Assembly: GCA_023248155.1 (NCBI GenBank)
Contig: JAHFFE010000005.1
Span: 29,057-93,056, forward strand
Length of the DNA stretch: 64,000 bases
Direction of reading: 5' to 3'
DNA from: Candidatus Omnitrophota bacterium
Lineage (GTDB): Bacteria > Omnitrophota > Gorgyraeia > 1-14-0-20-64-10
The notes under the pieces were generated by a model. That model worked only from the letters and a program-made list of their open reading frames with translations, was not told where the DNA came from and ran no database searches. Below, in pieces: positions 47,301-56,629 of this stretch. Position 1 is the first letter of the stretch. Each line of letters begins with the position of its first letter. A program made the position numbers and the translations under genes.

Positions 47301-50300
47301 CCGAGTCGATGGAGTCATTCAGGGGTCGCCCGCGGTGGGTGACGTGGACGGCGATGGCACTGACAATGTGGTTGTGGCGGCTAACCGGGGCGGTGTGTAT
47401 GTTTTTGAAAAAAATGGTAGTCTGATGCCCGGCTGGCCTGCGTTGAGAGACGAGTCTTTTCAAACGCAGCCGGCTTTGGCTGATTTTGATCGGAACGGCG
47501 ATCTTGAAGTTTCAATCGGTGTTGGGCGAGTCGTCTATCTTTTGGATTCGTTCGGCCGCATACTTCCAGGATGGCCGCAGAACATGGTCTTGTTCGAGAA
47601 TGAGGTTATTGCTGTTGTCAGCACCGTAATAGGCGACATCAATGGCGATGGAAATGCGGACATCATTACTGCTGCTGGGGGTTTGCGCCCTCTGGTCGTC
47701 CAATCTGGAGCATCTTCTTTCAGCGGAGGGGTTTTTGCCTGGAATTTTGACGGGACACCGATTGATTTAAATCCGGATTCAGGATTTAACCGTAATCTTT
47801 TTACGGAGAATGTGGCGATCGTGCCGCCGGTCATCGATGATCTGGATGGAGACGGGAAAGTGGAGCTGGTGGCCAGCTCGACCGATGATAAGGCATGGGA
47901 TATTCTGCGGGATCATAAAACAAAAAACAGGCGGTCTATTTATGTGTGGGGCCTGGATGCTGCCTATGACGTTTCCAAAATGCCGTGGCCCGCGTTTCAG
48001 CATGACAACGCGCACAGCGGTCGAGTAATTGTCCCCAGGCCTTTGGTCCCTTCGGCCCCGGCGAATTTCTCGGCAGAGGCAACATCATTTTCCAGCATTA
48101 TTCTGAGATGGACGGATACGGCCGATACTGAGCAAGGGTTTAAAGTATTCCGGAGCCTCAATGGAACCGACTATACGCAAATTGCCAGGTTGGGGCGTGA
48201 TGTAACTTCATATCTGAATCGGGGTCTTGCGCCTACGACCCCCTATCATTATAAAATCACCGCTTATAATACAACCGGTGATTCCGCTCCGGCCGGTCCG
48301 ATGAGCATCACGACGCCGGAATTACCACCGGCCGCGCCGTCAGCTCTTTCGGCTCAGGCAGTCTCAGGCACGCAGATCAATCTTAACTGGACCGATCAAT
48401 CCAGCAACGAGACCGGCTTTTATCTCGTTCGGAGTGAGAGCGGAGCGGGCGGTTTTAGTCGAATTGCTACGCTTTCGGCCAACATCACCTCCTATGTGGA
48501 TATAAGCGGCCTGACTCCCCTCACCACCTATCAATACAAAGTGCAGGCGTATCACCTGGGCGGATCATCGGAGTTTTCCGAATTGGCGAGCGCCACAACG
48601 CTGGAGGCGCCTCCTCGGGCTCCAGAAAATCTTCGAGCTCGGGCTGTTTCACCGACTCAGATCGATCTCACCTGGCGTGATAAGTCCGATAACGAGACCG
48701 GCTTTAAAGTTTATCAGAGCGTGGATGAGACCAACTTTGTTGAAGTTGCCAACGTGGATTCGTCTGATGTTAGGGCGCATTCTATTAGCGGCCTGAATTC
48801 CAATACCCGCTATTTTTACAAAATCACGGCTTACAACAGCATGGGTGAATCAACGCTTGTTGGGCCGGTGAATGCAATGACGCCGAATTCACCTCCAGCG
48901 CCGCCCGGTTCTCTTCATGCCACTTTGCTGGTTACGCCAACTTCCGCAGACCGAATCCAGCTGACCTGGGTGGATCAATCCAACAATGAGCAGGGTTTCC
49001 GCGTGTTTCAAAGCAGGGACGGGGGAGTCAGCTTCAATCGAATCGCCAGCCCCTCAGCCAATGTCACTACTTACACGACCCGGGCGCTGGCGGTCAACGC
49101 CACCTATCATTATCAAGTCATTGCATATAACAATGGGGGCGAATCAGAGCCTTCGGGTTTGGCGAATGAAACGACCCGGGAGACTCCGCCTGAGCCGCCA
49201 ACCTCTTTTCGGGCCCAGGCGGTTTCACCCACCCAGATTGATTTGGCGTGGCGGGACCCATCCGATAATGAGGCTGGTTTCAAAGTATACGACGGCAGCC
49301 TTAATCTGATAGCCGCGCTGGGAGCTGATGTCACCAGTTACAGCCATCTGAATTTGACACCCAACACGCGCTACGACTACAAGGTGGTTGCTTATAATGA
49401 CCTCGGTGAGTCAGCGGTTGTCGGTCCTGTGAATGCCACGACGTTCAACACACCACCTCAAGCGCCGACCTCTTTGAGTGCCACTGTTTTGGCCACCGGC
49501 AATGAGATCCGATTGACTTGGACCGATCAATCCAATAATGAGCAAAACTTCAAAGTTTTTGAGAGTGTGGATGGGGGTGAGTTTACCCAAATCAGAAGCC
49601 TCGGGGCGAATGTCACCACTTATACAGCCGGTAGACTGGCGATCAACAAAACCTTCAGCTACAAAGTCCAGTCTTATAACAATGGGGGAGCGTCCGAGTT
49701 TGCCGGTCCTGTGAGTGCCACGACACGGGACGTACCGCCTGCACCGCCGACTTCTTTGCGTGCACGGTCGGTTTCAACGACCCAGATTGATTTGACCTGG
49801 GCGGACCAATCCAATAACGAGACCGGTTTCAAGGTTTTTCAGAGTTTGGATGGAATTACTTTTTCTCAAATCGCCACTCTTGGGGCCGATGAAAGAGTCT
49901 ATTCCGTAAACGGCCTTACTGTCGGCACTCGTTATGACTACAAGGTGACTGCTTACAATGACATTGGCGAATCGGCACCGGCTGGCCCAGTGAACGCAAC
50001 GACGGTGGACGTTCCGCCTTCGCCGCCCGCTTCTCTTCAGGCCGTGTTGGTGGTCACATCGACTTCGGCCAACCAGATCCGGCTTACCTGGGCGGACCAA
50101 TCCAATAACGAGACAGGCTTCCGGGTGTTCCAGAGCACGGACGGGGGAGTCAACTTTGATCGAATCGCCAGCCCTGCGGCCAATGTTACCACCTACACGA
50201 TTCAAAATCTGGCGCTCAACGCCACCTATCATTATAAAGTTCAGTCCTACAACAGCGGTGGAACGTCCGAGTTCGCCGGCCCGGTGAGTGCCACAACCCA

Positions 50301-50868
50301 GGACGTACCGCCTCCACCGCCAACGTCTCTTCGGGCCCGGGCGATTTCCTCCAGCCAGATCGACCTGACGTGGCGCGACCGGTCCAGCAACGAGACGGGC
50401 TTCCGGGTGTATCGTGAGACCAATGGTGTGCTGAGCGAGATAGCGGTCCTCGGTCCCGGTGTCACTGGTTACAACCATGTAGGTCTTACTGAGAACACCC
50501 AGTATTACTACAAGGTGGTTGCTTACAATAGCATTGGGGAATCAGCGGCTGTGGGTCCTGTGAGCGCGACGACATTAAAGACCACCCCAGCATCTCCCAG
50601 CAATCTGTCAGTTGGCAGCGTTACGGTTTCTGCCATTAAGCTGAACTGGCGTGATAATGCAAGCAATGAAGAGGGTTTCAGAATCTACCGCAGTGCCGAT
50701 AACATTACCTTTACTCGAATCAAACAGGTTGCCACTATGAACTTGCAAACCTACAACAACACCGGTCTCGCTCCTCAGACCACTTACTACTACAAGGTCA
50801 CCGCTTATAATAGCGGCGGAGAATCCGATTTGGCCGGGGCTGTTTCTATCAGTGCCAGGACCTCATGA
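44392..50868 (+). CDS. Secreted S8 subtilase 3: prodomain, S8, FG-GAP repeats, ten FN3 domains
   Basis: Signal peptide nearly identical to S8-2; VIDTG/HGTH/GTSMA; ten LxWxD FN3 motifs from ~48050. Confidence 0.92.
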   Translation: MKLTNFRKSRWNRSLSLFLVASLCFLQMPVTFAQAMVPESADPTQIEPSEDLPEYVPGEFIVKLKEGHTLAELDGLRVENGILSAEPIFPKVASPEENLAELKQKRAGLDNPDHTSWFWWSNKESSEAKNYEARNAREKARLDAAIAAQTALVQKLVDRKKRAPEGSVVPSLEGIHLLKAASDADVSSLVAIFQSNPAVDYAQPNYKQKILQVPNDEFYSIQWGPQKIQADLAWDITTGSEDVIIAVIDTGVDYNHPDLAANIWSDPITGQHGYDFFNNDNDPMDDHGHGTHCSGIANAVTNNAIGVAGISWNSKIMALKFLSAAGSGDTVDGLRAIEWAVDHGADVLSNSWGGGPYEPPLQLAIDYADASGCVVVAAAGNSNTDRVFYPAAYNHVISVAATSRNDQRASFSNYGPSVDVAAPGVAILSTVPSSGAALRDPSGYRLLSGTSMACPHVAGLAGLLLAGRPGLSTQEVESVLKASSDDIYAQQIPDPLTGASVPLNPLYIGQGRINARKAVELIQGLPIGALVTQGLLTGPVIRGLAGGANFARYDLYHGKGINPARSEWVFIHGSTVPVLDDPATPAANNDGILYADFDPTTLEEGKNTLILVIQTLDGREIEYRTSVMAINFTALFPLNNDILRKGDSITVRGSILGSFLDYTVQYGEGKNPQVWKTEGISLLHPGAGRNVEGDLASWDTSVVPPTSLLFGNFYTLKISVTRESGVKDYFIYMVYLDDKLKQGWPQYIQKSSSGSADFADMKTADLDQDGIKEIITVRAGTEMVPITALFVYRLDGSLKWSKQLDGFGNGSIVPLIGDINRDGKNEIFVSVRDPASPSADKIYAFNGDGTNFGTGWPATIRLGLATLLMADLNQDGKNKIVARSHNSELIGGREKEFLFILNQAGVIEKEIEFPNQSRSFSRSPFQSVGNFDDDRELEIVLVSGTGLAGSSESAVFVFNPDGSLVSGWPARVDGVIQGSPAVGDVDGDGTDNVVVAANRGGVYVFEKNGSLMPGWPALRDESFQTQPALADFDRNGDLEVSIGVGRVVYLLDSFGRILPGWPQNMVLFENEVIAVVSTVIGDINGDGNADIITAAGGLRPLVVQSGASSFSGGVFAWNFDGTPIDLNPDSGFNRNLFTENVAIVPPVIDDLDGDGKVELVASSTDDKAWDILRDHKTKNRRSIYVWGLDAAYDVSKMPWPAFQHDNAHSGRVIVPRPLVPSAPANFSAEATSFSSIILRWTDTADTEQGFKVFRSLNGTDYTQIARLGRDVTSYLNRGLAPTTPYHYKITAYNTTGDSAPAGPMSITTPELPPAAPSALSAQAVSGTQINLNWTDQSSNETGFYLVRSESGAGGFSRIATLSANITSYVDISGLTPLTTYQYKVQAYHLGGSSEFSELASATTLEAPPRAPENLRARAVSPTQIDLTWRDKSDNETGFKVYQSVDETNFVEVANVDSSDVRAHSISGLNSNTRYFYKITAYNSMGESTLVGPVNAMTPNSPPAPPGSLHATLLVTPTSADRIQLTWVDQSNNEQGFRVFQSRDGGVSFNRIASPSANVTTYTTRALAVNATYHYQVIAYNNGGESEPSGLANETTRETPPEPPTSFRAQAVSPTQIDLAWRDPSDNEAGFKVYDGSLNLIAALGADVTSYSHLNLTPNTRYDYKVVAYNDLGESAVVGPVNATTFNTPPQAPTSLSATVLATGNEIRLTWTDQSNNEQNFKVFESVDGGEFTQIRSLGANVTTYTAGRLAINKTFSYKVQSYNNGGASEFAGPVSATTRDVPPAPPTSLRARSVSTTQIDLTWADQSNNETGFKVFQSLDGITFSQIATLGADERVYSVNGLTVGTRYDYKVTAYNDIGESAPAGPVNATTVDVPPSPPASLQAVLVVTSTSANQIRLTWADQSNNETGFRVFQSTDGGVNFDRIASPAANVTTYTIQNLALNATYHYKVQSYNSGGTSEFAGPVSATTQDVPPPPPTSLRARAISSSQIDLTWRDRSSNETGFRVYRETNGVLSEIAVLGPGVTGYNHVGLTENTQYYYKVVAYNSIGESAAVGPVSATTLKTTPASPSNLSVGSVTVSAIKLNWRDNASNEEGFRIYRSADNITFTRIKQVATMNLQTYNNTGLAPQTTYYYKVTAYNSGGESDLAGAVSISARTS

Positions 50869-53800
50869 AGGACAAACTTCCAAAGCGTTTTGTTTCTTTT
50901 CTTTTAGTTGCTTTGTTCTGCCTTTTGCAAACCCCGCAATTTTCAACGCCGGCGGTTGCTGATGATTTGAGTCTTTCTGCGCGCGCGGTGATGAAAAAAT
51001 TTCTCCAAAGGCACAGCCATCCGTCAGAAGAGGTTTTTTTGAACTCTGTTCCCGGGGAGCTGATTGTAAAACTCAAAGAAGGGCACACTCTGGCAGAACT
51101 GGATGGCTTGAAACAGAAATACCGGATCCTTAGTGATGAACCCGTTTTTCCACCGGTTGTCTCTCCGCAAGAAAGCCTTGCTGAACTGAAAAAGCAACGG
51201 ACCGCGTTGGAGAACCCCGATCATTCCGGCTGGTACTGGTGGTCGGACAAGGAATCGAAAGAATCGAAAGATTACGAGACGCGAATCGCCCAGCAGAAAG
51301 AGAATCTGGACAAGGCGATTAAAAACAAAGAACAGTTGATCGATCACTTGCAAGCCCGCCAACAACGTGCCCCCGAGGGAAGCTCGGCTCCTTCGTTAGA
51401 AGGGATCCATTTGCTGAGAGCGGCTGAGGACGCGGACATTCCCTTGCTGGTAAATAAATTTCAAGACCACCCTGCAGTGGCCTATGCTGAACCCAATTAC
51501 GAAATGAAAATCAACGCTCTTCCGAACGATACTTATGTGGATCCCGACGGGGACGGGGATTGGGAGACAGCACCCTGGATTCCGGCCTCCAGTTCGGTGA
51601 TCTACGAGGCACTTTGGGGCGTCAGGAAGATTGAGGCGGACCGGGCCTGGGATTTGTTTGCTCAGCAGGGGACTCAGCCCGGTTTTGAACGAGCGGGGCA
51701 TGGAGTAGTGGTGGCGATCATCGACACCGGTATCGATTACAGGCACCCTGATTTGGCGGCGAACATCTGGCCGGGATTAGGTCACGATTTTGTTAACAAT
51801 GATGATGACCCGATGGATGACAACGGTCATGGAAGCCACTGCGCCGGGACGATTGGGGCTGTGGGAGGCAATGGAATCGGGATTATCGGCATCGCTCCCG
51901 GGGTTCAACTGATGGCTGTCAAAGGACTTAATGCGGAGGGTTCGGGAAGCAATGATCATTTAGCCCAATGCGTGCGCTATGCCACAGACAATGGAGCCGA
52001 CATTTTAAGCAATTCTTGGGGTGGGCAGGGAACTTCCAGCTTGTTTAACGAAGTATTTTCCTACGCGCAGGCTCATGGGGTGATCTGCGTTGCGGCGGCT
52101 GGTAACAATAACGCAAGCGTAAACGGTTTTACACCTGCCAATGTGCCTGGCGTCATTACCGTGGGGGCCAGCGATTCCCATGATCAGAAAGCCTCTTTTT
52201 CCAACTGGGGAGCCCGAGTCGATCTGTCTGCTCCCGGCGGGGGTGTTGCATCGGAGTTGGGCGGTAATGATTCCGACATCAGGAACATTCTTTCTACTCT
52301 GCCGGAAGGGGTGACGATTTCCGAAAACCATGAACTTCAGGTCAGCGAAGGCTATTACCGGTTGGCTGGAACCTCGATGGCTTGCCCCCATGTCTCCGGC
52401 GCGGCGGCTTTGGTATTAGCAAGACGTCCGGGCACAAGGCCTGATGAGATGAGAACCCGTTTAAGGGCCACCGCGGATGCCTATCCGGTTGCTCCGTCTG
52501 TTCCGCTGGGTACCGGCCGCTTGAATGCTTACCGCGCGGTTGATGCGGAGCCTTTTCCGTTTATTCAAGTCATCGGTTCCGAGCAAACAGAAGGGGCCGG
52601 AAACGGCGATGGAATGATTGAAGCCGGCGAAGAGCTTCGACTGGTTGTCAAGGTAAAGAACTTTTGGGCCTCGGCCTCGAACGTTAGTGTCACGGTCCGA
52701 TTGCCGGAAGGAACGCCTCTCTCAGTGGTTTCCGGTTTTACGCAGCTGGGTACTTTGGCGGCTGGAGAACAGAAAGAAAATTCTGATCAACCCCTGGTTT
52801 TAAAAGTTCGGGACGATTTTCGGCTGACGGGGGAATACCCGGTTTTGTTCGATCTGCTGGCGGACGGACATCTTCGGACCGTTTCGGGTTCTGTGCGCCT
52901 GGGTGTTTTGTTTTTGCCTCTGCCGGAGGGAGCGAATCCTTCCTTGGCTCGATTATCCGGACAAAAGCTGGTCTATCAGGATGACCGTCGTTTAAACAAT
53001 TCCTACCATGACTTGTATGAATATGATTTAAGCCGGAAGGTGGAGCGATTACTGCTTGCGTACCCCGGGACTCCGGAAGAGGAAGATATTCGTATCGATG
53101 AACTGGCTTATGAAAACGGCAAAGTGATTTTGGACCGGATGCATCTTCCCCTGGATGTGGAGGATTACCAGAGAACGCTCACATTGTTGCGTTCCGATAA
53201 CGGACGAGAAAAAACGATTGTTAGGCTGCGGCAGCCTTCTGATCCGGATTCCTCACCCCTTGATTTTCCGTATCATCCGGTTTTTCGGGATGGCCGGTTG
53301 GCTGCTATCGACTACGGTACGGTAAGGGGCCAGATTGTTCAGAAGGGATTGGCTGTTCGGAACGTGTCGGCCCAGGGTTCCACGAGTCTTTTTTTGAAGG
53401 AGGATTTTGATGGAAGAGGGGTTTCCGCCTTCGATCTCTCCGGCAACCGTCTTGTGGCGGCGGCGCAGGATGAGACGTCCGGCCGGACCGACATCCTGCT
53501 CTATGATATGACCACGCGTCAGTCTCAAACGATCGCGTCGGAGTCTCGGCCTCTTACGATCGTAAGTGGCCTAAGCGTAGATGGAAATTTTGTAGCGTGG
53601 AGTACGATTGCGTTTAATCTGTCTATCGGGCCACCCGGCATTCCCCTTCTCGGGCTGACATTCAATTTTCAAATTTTCGTTCATGATCTGCGCAGTCACG
53701 TGACCCGGGTTCTCGCGCGCGTCGATAACGGCAGTTTCTTTAGTTTTTTTTCACCCCCGTTTGTTCGGGACGGCTGGGTGGTTTGGGCCGATCCCCGGGC

Positions 53801-54809
53801 CGACCCTGCGAAAATTTCTTCGGATATCTACTTATACGATTTGTCAACGGATCGAGAGATCCGGTTCGTTTCCAGTTCGAAAATAGAACACGATCCCGGC
53901 ATTTCCGATGGGCTGGTTTATTGGCAGGAGGGAATTCGCTTAAGCAAGATTTGCCTGGCAAAACTTCCGGAAAGCCACCCGCCTGTTCTCGATCCGCTAA
54001 CGCAGCAAACCGTTGATGAGGAACAATTATTAAGTTTCACGCTTCACGCCACGGATCCGGATGGCGGGCAGATCCGATTCTTGGCCGATTCTCTGCCGCG
54101 GGGCGCCTCTTTGGATCCCGAAACCGGTCTATTTTCCTGGACTCCCGATTATACGCAGGCGGGTTCTTACCCCGTCATATTTCGGGCCGACGACAACCGG
54201 GCCTCCGTTACGCAGAGCGTTTCGATTCTGGTCCGGAATATTCCTCGTCCGCCTGTGCTGGCCGCCATTCCGGACAAATCGGTGAATGAAAACATGACAC
54301 TCTCATTCACCATTTCGGCGACGGATCCGGACGGAGAAGTGATCAGCTACAGTGCTGACGATCTTCCGGATGGGGCGCAGTTTAATTCAGCGCAGAGAAG
54401 ATTTTCATGGAAACCGAACTACAACCAGTCCGGTTTTTACGTAGTGAAGTTTATAGCGAAGGATCCTGGAAATTTGGCTGATTCTGAAGTTGTTCAGATT
54501 ACGGTCAACCATGTGAATCGTCCGCCAGGTCTCAATAGTATCGGAGTCCCCGGAAGAGGTGGGGTTGCATTGAAAGGCGTTCGGGCTACCCGGACATTGA
54601 CTTTTACCGTGAATGGGTCCGATCCGGATGGGGATGCGCTAACCTTCAGCGCTTCAGGATTGCCTGCGGGAGCGTCGTTTGATCCTCAGACGAGAACATT
54701 TAGCTGGACTCCGACCGCTCGGCAGGGCGGCGTTTACAATGTGGTCTTCCGGGTATCCGACGGCATCCGAACGGATTCTCAAACCATCAACATCATTGTC
54801 ACCGCATAA
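50865..54809 (+). CDS. Secreted S8 subtilase 4: prodomain, S8, Ig-like, beta-propeller, three cadherin-like repeats
   Basis: Signal peptide; IIDTG/HGSH/GTSMA; DIYLYDL-type propeller blades; three DPDG...FSW.P repeats; ATGA overlap with the S8-3 stop. Confidence 0.9.
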   Translation: MKDKLPKRFVSFLLVALFCLLQTPQFSTPAVADDLSLSARAVMKKFLQRHSHPSEEVFLNSVPGELIVKLKEGHTLAELDGLKQKYRILSDEPVFPPVVSPQESLAELKKQRTALENPDHSGWYWWSDKESKESKDYETRIAQQKENLDKAIKNKEQLIDHLQARQQRAPEGSSAPSLEGIHLLRAAEDADIPLLVNKFQDHPAVAYAEPNYEMKINALPNDTYVDPDGDGDWETAPWIPASSSVIYEALWGVRKIEADRAWDLFAQQGTQPGFERAGHGVVVAIIDTGIDYRHPDLAANIWPGLGHDFVNNDDDPMDDNGHGSHCAGTIGAVGGNGIGIIGIAPGVQLMAVKGLNAEGSGSNDHLAQCVRYATDNGADILSNSWGGQGTSSLFNEVFSYAQAHGVICVAAAGNNNASVNGFTPANVPGVITVGASDSHDQKASFSNWGARVDLSAPGGGVASELGGNDSDIRNILSTLPEGVTISENHELQVSEGYYRLAGTSMACPHVSGAAALVLARRPGTRPDEMRTRLRATADAYPVAPSVPLGTGRLNAYRAVDAEPFPFIQVIGSEQTEGAGNGDGMIEAGEELRLVVKVKNFWASASNVSVTVRLPEGTPLSVVSGFTQLGTLAAGEQKENSDQPLVLKVRDDFRLTGEYPVLFDLLADGHLRTVSGSVRLGVLFLPLPEGANPSLARLSGQKLVYQDDRRLNNSYHDLYEYDLSRKVERLLLAYPGTPEEEDIRIDELAYENGKVILDRMHLPLDVEDYQRTLTLLRSDNGREKTIVRLRQPSDPDSSPLDFPYHPVFRDGRLAAIDYGTVRGQIVQKGLAVRNVSAQGSTSLFLKEDFDGRGVSAFDLSGNRLVAAAQDETSGRTDILLYDMTTRQSQTIASESRPLTIVSGLSVDGNFVAWSTIAFNLSIGPPGIPLLGLTFNFQIFVHDLRSHVTRVLARVDNGSFFSFFSPPFVRDGWVVWADPRADPAKISSDIYLYDLSTDREIRFVSSSKIEHDPGISDGLVYWQEGIRLSKICLAKLPESHPPVLDPLTQQTVDEEQLLSFTLHATDPDGGQIRFLADSLPRGASLDPETGLFSWTPDYTQAGSYPVIFRADDNRASVTQSVSILVRNIPRPPVLAAIPDKSVNENMTLSFTISATDPDGEVISYSADDLPDGAQFNSAQRRFSWKPNYNQSGFYVVKFIAKDPGNLADSEVVQITVNHVNRPPGLNSIGVPGRGGVALKGVRATRTLTFTVNGSDPDGDALTFSASGLPAGASFDPQTRTFSWTPTARQGGVYNVVFRVSDGIRTDSQTINIIVTA

Positions 54810-54833
54810 AATAGAATATTGATTTTTTACCGC

Positions 54834-54870
54834 TTGACAGTAGAGAAATGTCTATGTAGACTAATCTCTA
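54834..54870 (+). promoter_or_regulatory. lexA sigma70 promoter overlapped by two tandem TAGAS-N4-STCTA sites (candidate LexA boxes)
   Basis: TTGACA (54834-54839), 17 bp, TAGACT (54857-54862); 54841-54870 is the near-palindrome TAGAGAaatGTCTAtgTAGACtaaTCTCTA. Confidence 0.75.
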
Positions 54871-55517
54871 TGAAGAACAAACAACTCCTAACCCCTCGGC
54901 AGCAGCAGCTTTTGGAAGTCATCCGTCAGCAGATCGCGAAACGGGGAATTCCTCCCTCGATTCGCGAAATGAAGGAGGCGATCGGCGTGAATTCATTGCG
55001 CGGCGTCACGATTCATCTGGATGGGCTGGAAGAAAAAGGTTACATTGAGCGCAGCCGTCAGGCGCGTTCGATCCGTATTTTGAATCCACAAAACAGCGGT
55101 GTTGAAGACGATTCGTTCGTTACGCCGGTTCCGTATATGATTCCGGTCGTGGGCCAGATTGCCGCCGGACAGCCGTTGCTGGCCGAACAGCATGTTGAAG
55201 AACGGCTGGCGGTTGATCCGCGCTGGGTCCCGGGTCCCGGTTGTTTCGCGGTCCGCGTGCGCGGTGAAAGCATGATTAACGCCGGAATCAATGACGGCGA
55301 CTATGTCATGGTTCGTCCCCAGCAGGATGCGCAGAACGGCGAGGTAGTCGCAGTTCTCATTGAAGGTGAAGCCACCGTCAAACGATTTTACCGCGAAAAG
55401 AACGGAATGATTCGTTTGCAGCCTGAAAACCCGGCCATGGAACCGATGATTTACAATCCGAAAAACCAGTCAATTCGTATCATCGGCAAGGTCGCCGGCC
55501 TCTTCCGCAAGTTTTAA
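54870..55517 (+). CDS. lexA: SOS repressor LexA
   Basis: LTPRQ..L, PPSIRE, LEEKGYIER, cleavage site IAAG, VRGESM (Ser), ATVKR (Lys). ATG 54870 preferred over TTG 54819. Confidence 0.95.
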   Translation: MKNKQLLTPRQQQLLEVIRQQIAKRGIPPSIREMKEAIGVNSLRGVTIHLDGLEEKGYIERSRQARSIRILNPQNSGVEDDSFVTPVPYMIPVVGQIAAGQPLLAEQHVEERLAVDPRWVPGPGCFAVRVRGESMINAGINDGDYVMVRPQQDAQNGEVVAVLIEGEATVKRFYREKNGMIRLQPENPAMEPMIYNPKNQSIRIIGKVAGLFRKF

Positions 55518-55527
55518 GGGGAGCTTC

Positions 55528-55556
55528 TTGACGAAACGGCTTTGCATTGGTACTGT
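55528..55556 (+). promoter_or_regulatory. Putative sigma70 promoter for the Lrp-domain gene and nth
   Basis: TTGACG, 17 bp, TACTGT; AGGAG SD before ATG 55577. Confidence 0.5.
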
Positions 55557-55576
55557 GGATAAAACAGGAGTTTCTG

Positions 55577-55804
55577 ATGCCTAAAGCCTTTGTCATGATT
55601 GATGTTCACCCGGGAAGGGAGTCCGACACGCAGTTGTTGGTTAAGAATATGCCGGGTGTTACCTTTGTCTATCAAGTAACCGGCAGCCACGACATGATCG
55701 CTTTCCTGGACGCCGAACCATACGAAGAATTGGCCGTCATTGTTTCCAAAGTTCGTCGTTTAGATGGCGTACGCGCCACAGATACCGAGCTTGTTCTTCG
55801 TTAG
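55577..55804 (+). CDS. Stand-alone Lrp/AsnC ligand-binding (RAM) domain protein
   Basis: 75 aa; AFVMI, VTGSHDMIA, GVRATDT; no HTH. Confidence 0.8.
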   Translation: MPKAFVMIDVHPGRESDTQLLVKNMPGVTFVYQVTGSHDMIAFLDAEPYEELAVIVSKVRRLDGVRATDTELVLR

Positions 55805-56460
55805 TGCGTGATTCGGATATTCACGCGGCAATTCGCGCGCTGCGTGTTTTTTCCCGTCAGCGCCCTTTGCCGGCAGTTGAACGAGTCACCGGTTCAAAGC
55901 CAGATCCTTTTCTGGTACTGATTTCCTGCCTGTTGTCTCTGCGTACCAAAGATGAAGTAACGGAGCCCGCTTCCGAACGGTTGTTTGCCAGAGCACGAAC
56001 ACCCCAGCAGTTACTCAGCCTTCCTCTGCCAAAGCTCCGTAAATTAATCTATCCGGTTGGTTTTTATAAAACCAAAGCGCAGCGCATTCATCAGATTTGT
56101 TACCATTTGATCGGCCGTTTCCAGGGCAGGGTCCCTTCGACGATGGAAGAACTGCTGACGCTGCCCGGTGTGGGCCGGAAAACAGCCAACCTGGTACTGA
56201 CGCTTGGGTTTCAAAAGCCCGGTATTTGCGTTGATATTCATGTGCACCGGATTTCAAACCGCTGGGGGTATATCAAAACAAAAACTCCGGATGAGTCGGA
56301 GACCGCGCTTCGCAAAAAATTGCCGGCGCGTTATTGGATGGAATATAATTTGCTGCTGGTTGGGTTCGGGCAGGATGTGTGCCGGCCGGTATCCCCCTGG
56401 TGCAGCCGCTGCCCGGTCGCAAAAACCTGTTCCCGCGTCGGCGTCACCACCTCCCGCTAA
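55804..56460 (+). CDS. nth: Endonuclease III
   Basis: LLSLRTKD, LPGVGRKTA (HhH), VDIHVHR, C-X6-C-X2-C-X5-C. Confidence 0.93.
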   Translation: MRDSDIHAAIRALRVFSRQRPLPAVERVTGSKPDPFLVLISCLLSLRTKDEVTEPASERLFARARTPQQLLSLPLPKLRKLIYPVGFYKTKAQRIHQICYHLIGRFQGRVPSTMEELLTLPGVGRKTANLVLTLGFQKPGICVDIHVHRISNRWGYIKTKTPDESETALRKKLPARYWMEYNLLLVGFGQDVCRPVSPWCSRCPVAKTCSRVGVTTSR

Positions 56461-56483
56461 ATATTTTACGCTTCCGTTTTATC

Positions 56484-56617
56484 GAGACAGTCCGGGAGCG
56501 GGTCCGTGAACGCGCTCGAAATCGACTACCGATTTCTCGCTCCGGTTTCGGCCTTACCGAAAACCCCGCTGAAACGGCCTCAACAGGGTTCACGCGACCC
56601 ATCTCCCGAACTGCCTC
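56484..56617. repeat. ~135-nt structured intergenic repeat, copy 2
   Basis: Homologous to 18123-18258 with compensatory stems (GTGAAC/GTTCAC, GGGTC/GACCC, GAAATCG-ACTAC-CGATTTC). Confidence 0.75.
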
Positions 56618-56629
56618 TTACCGATTTTT

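Noticed and set aside
54819-54869. Longer TTG start for lexA (and longer ORF-track starts for ygfZ, gspD, gspK, the GspJ-like gene and hpnA)
   Set aside because: The extensions overlap promoters or upstream genes; downstream starts fit family N-termini and translational coupling.
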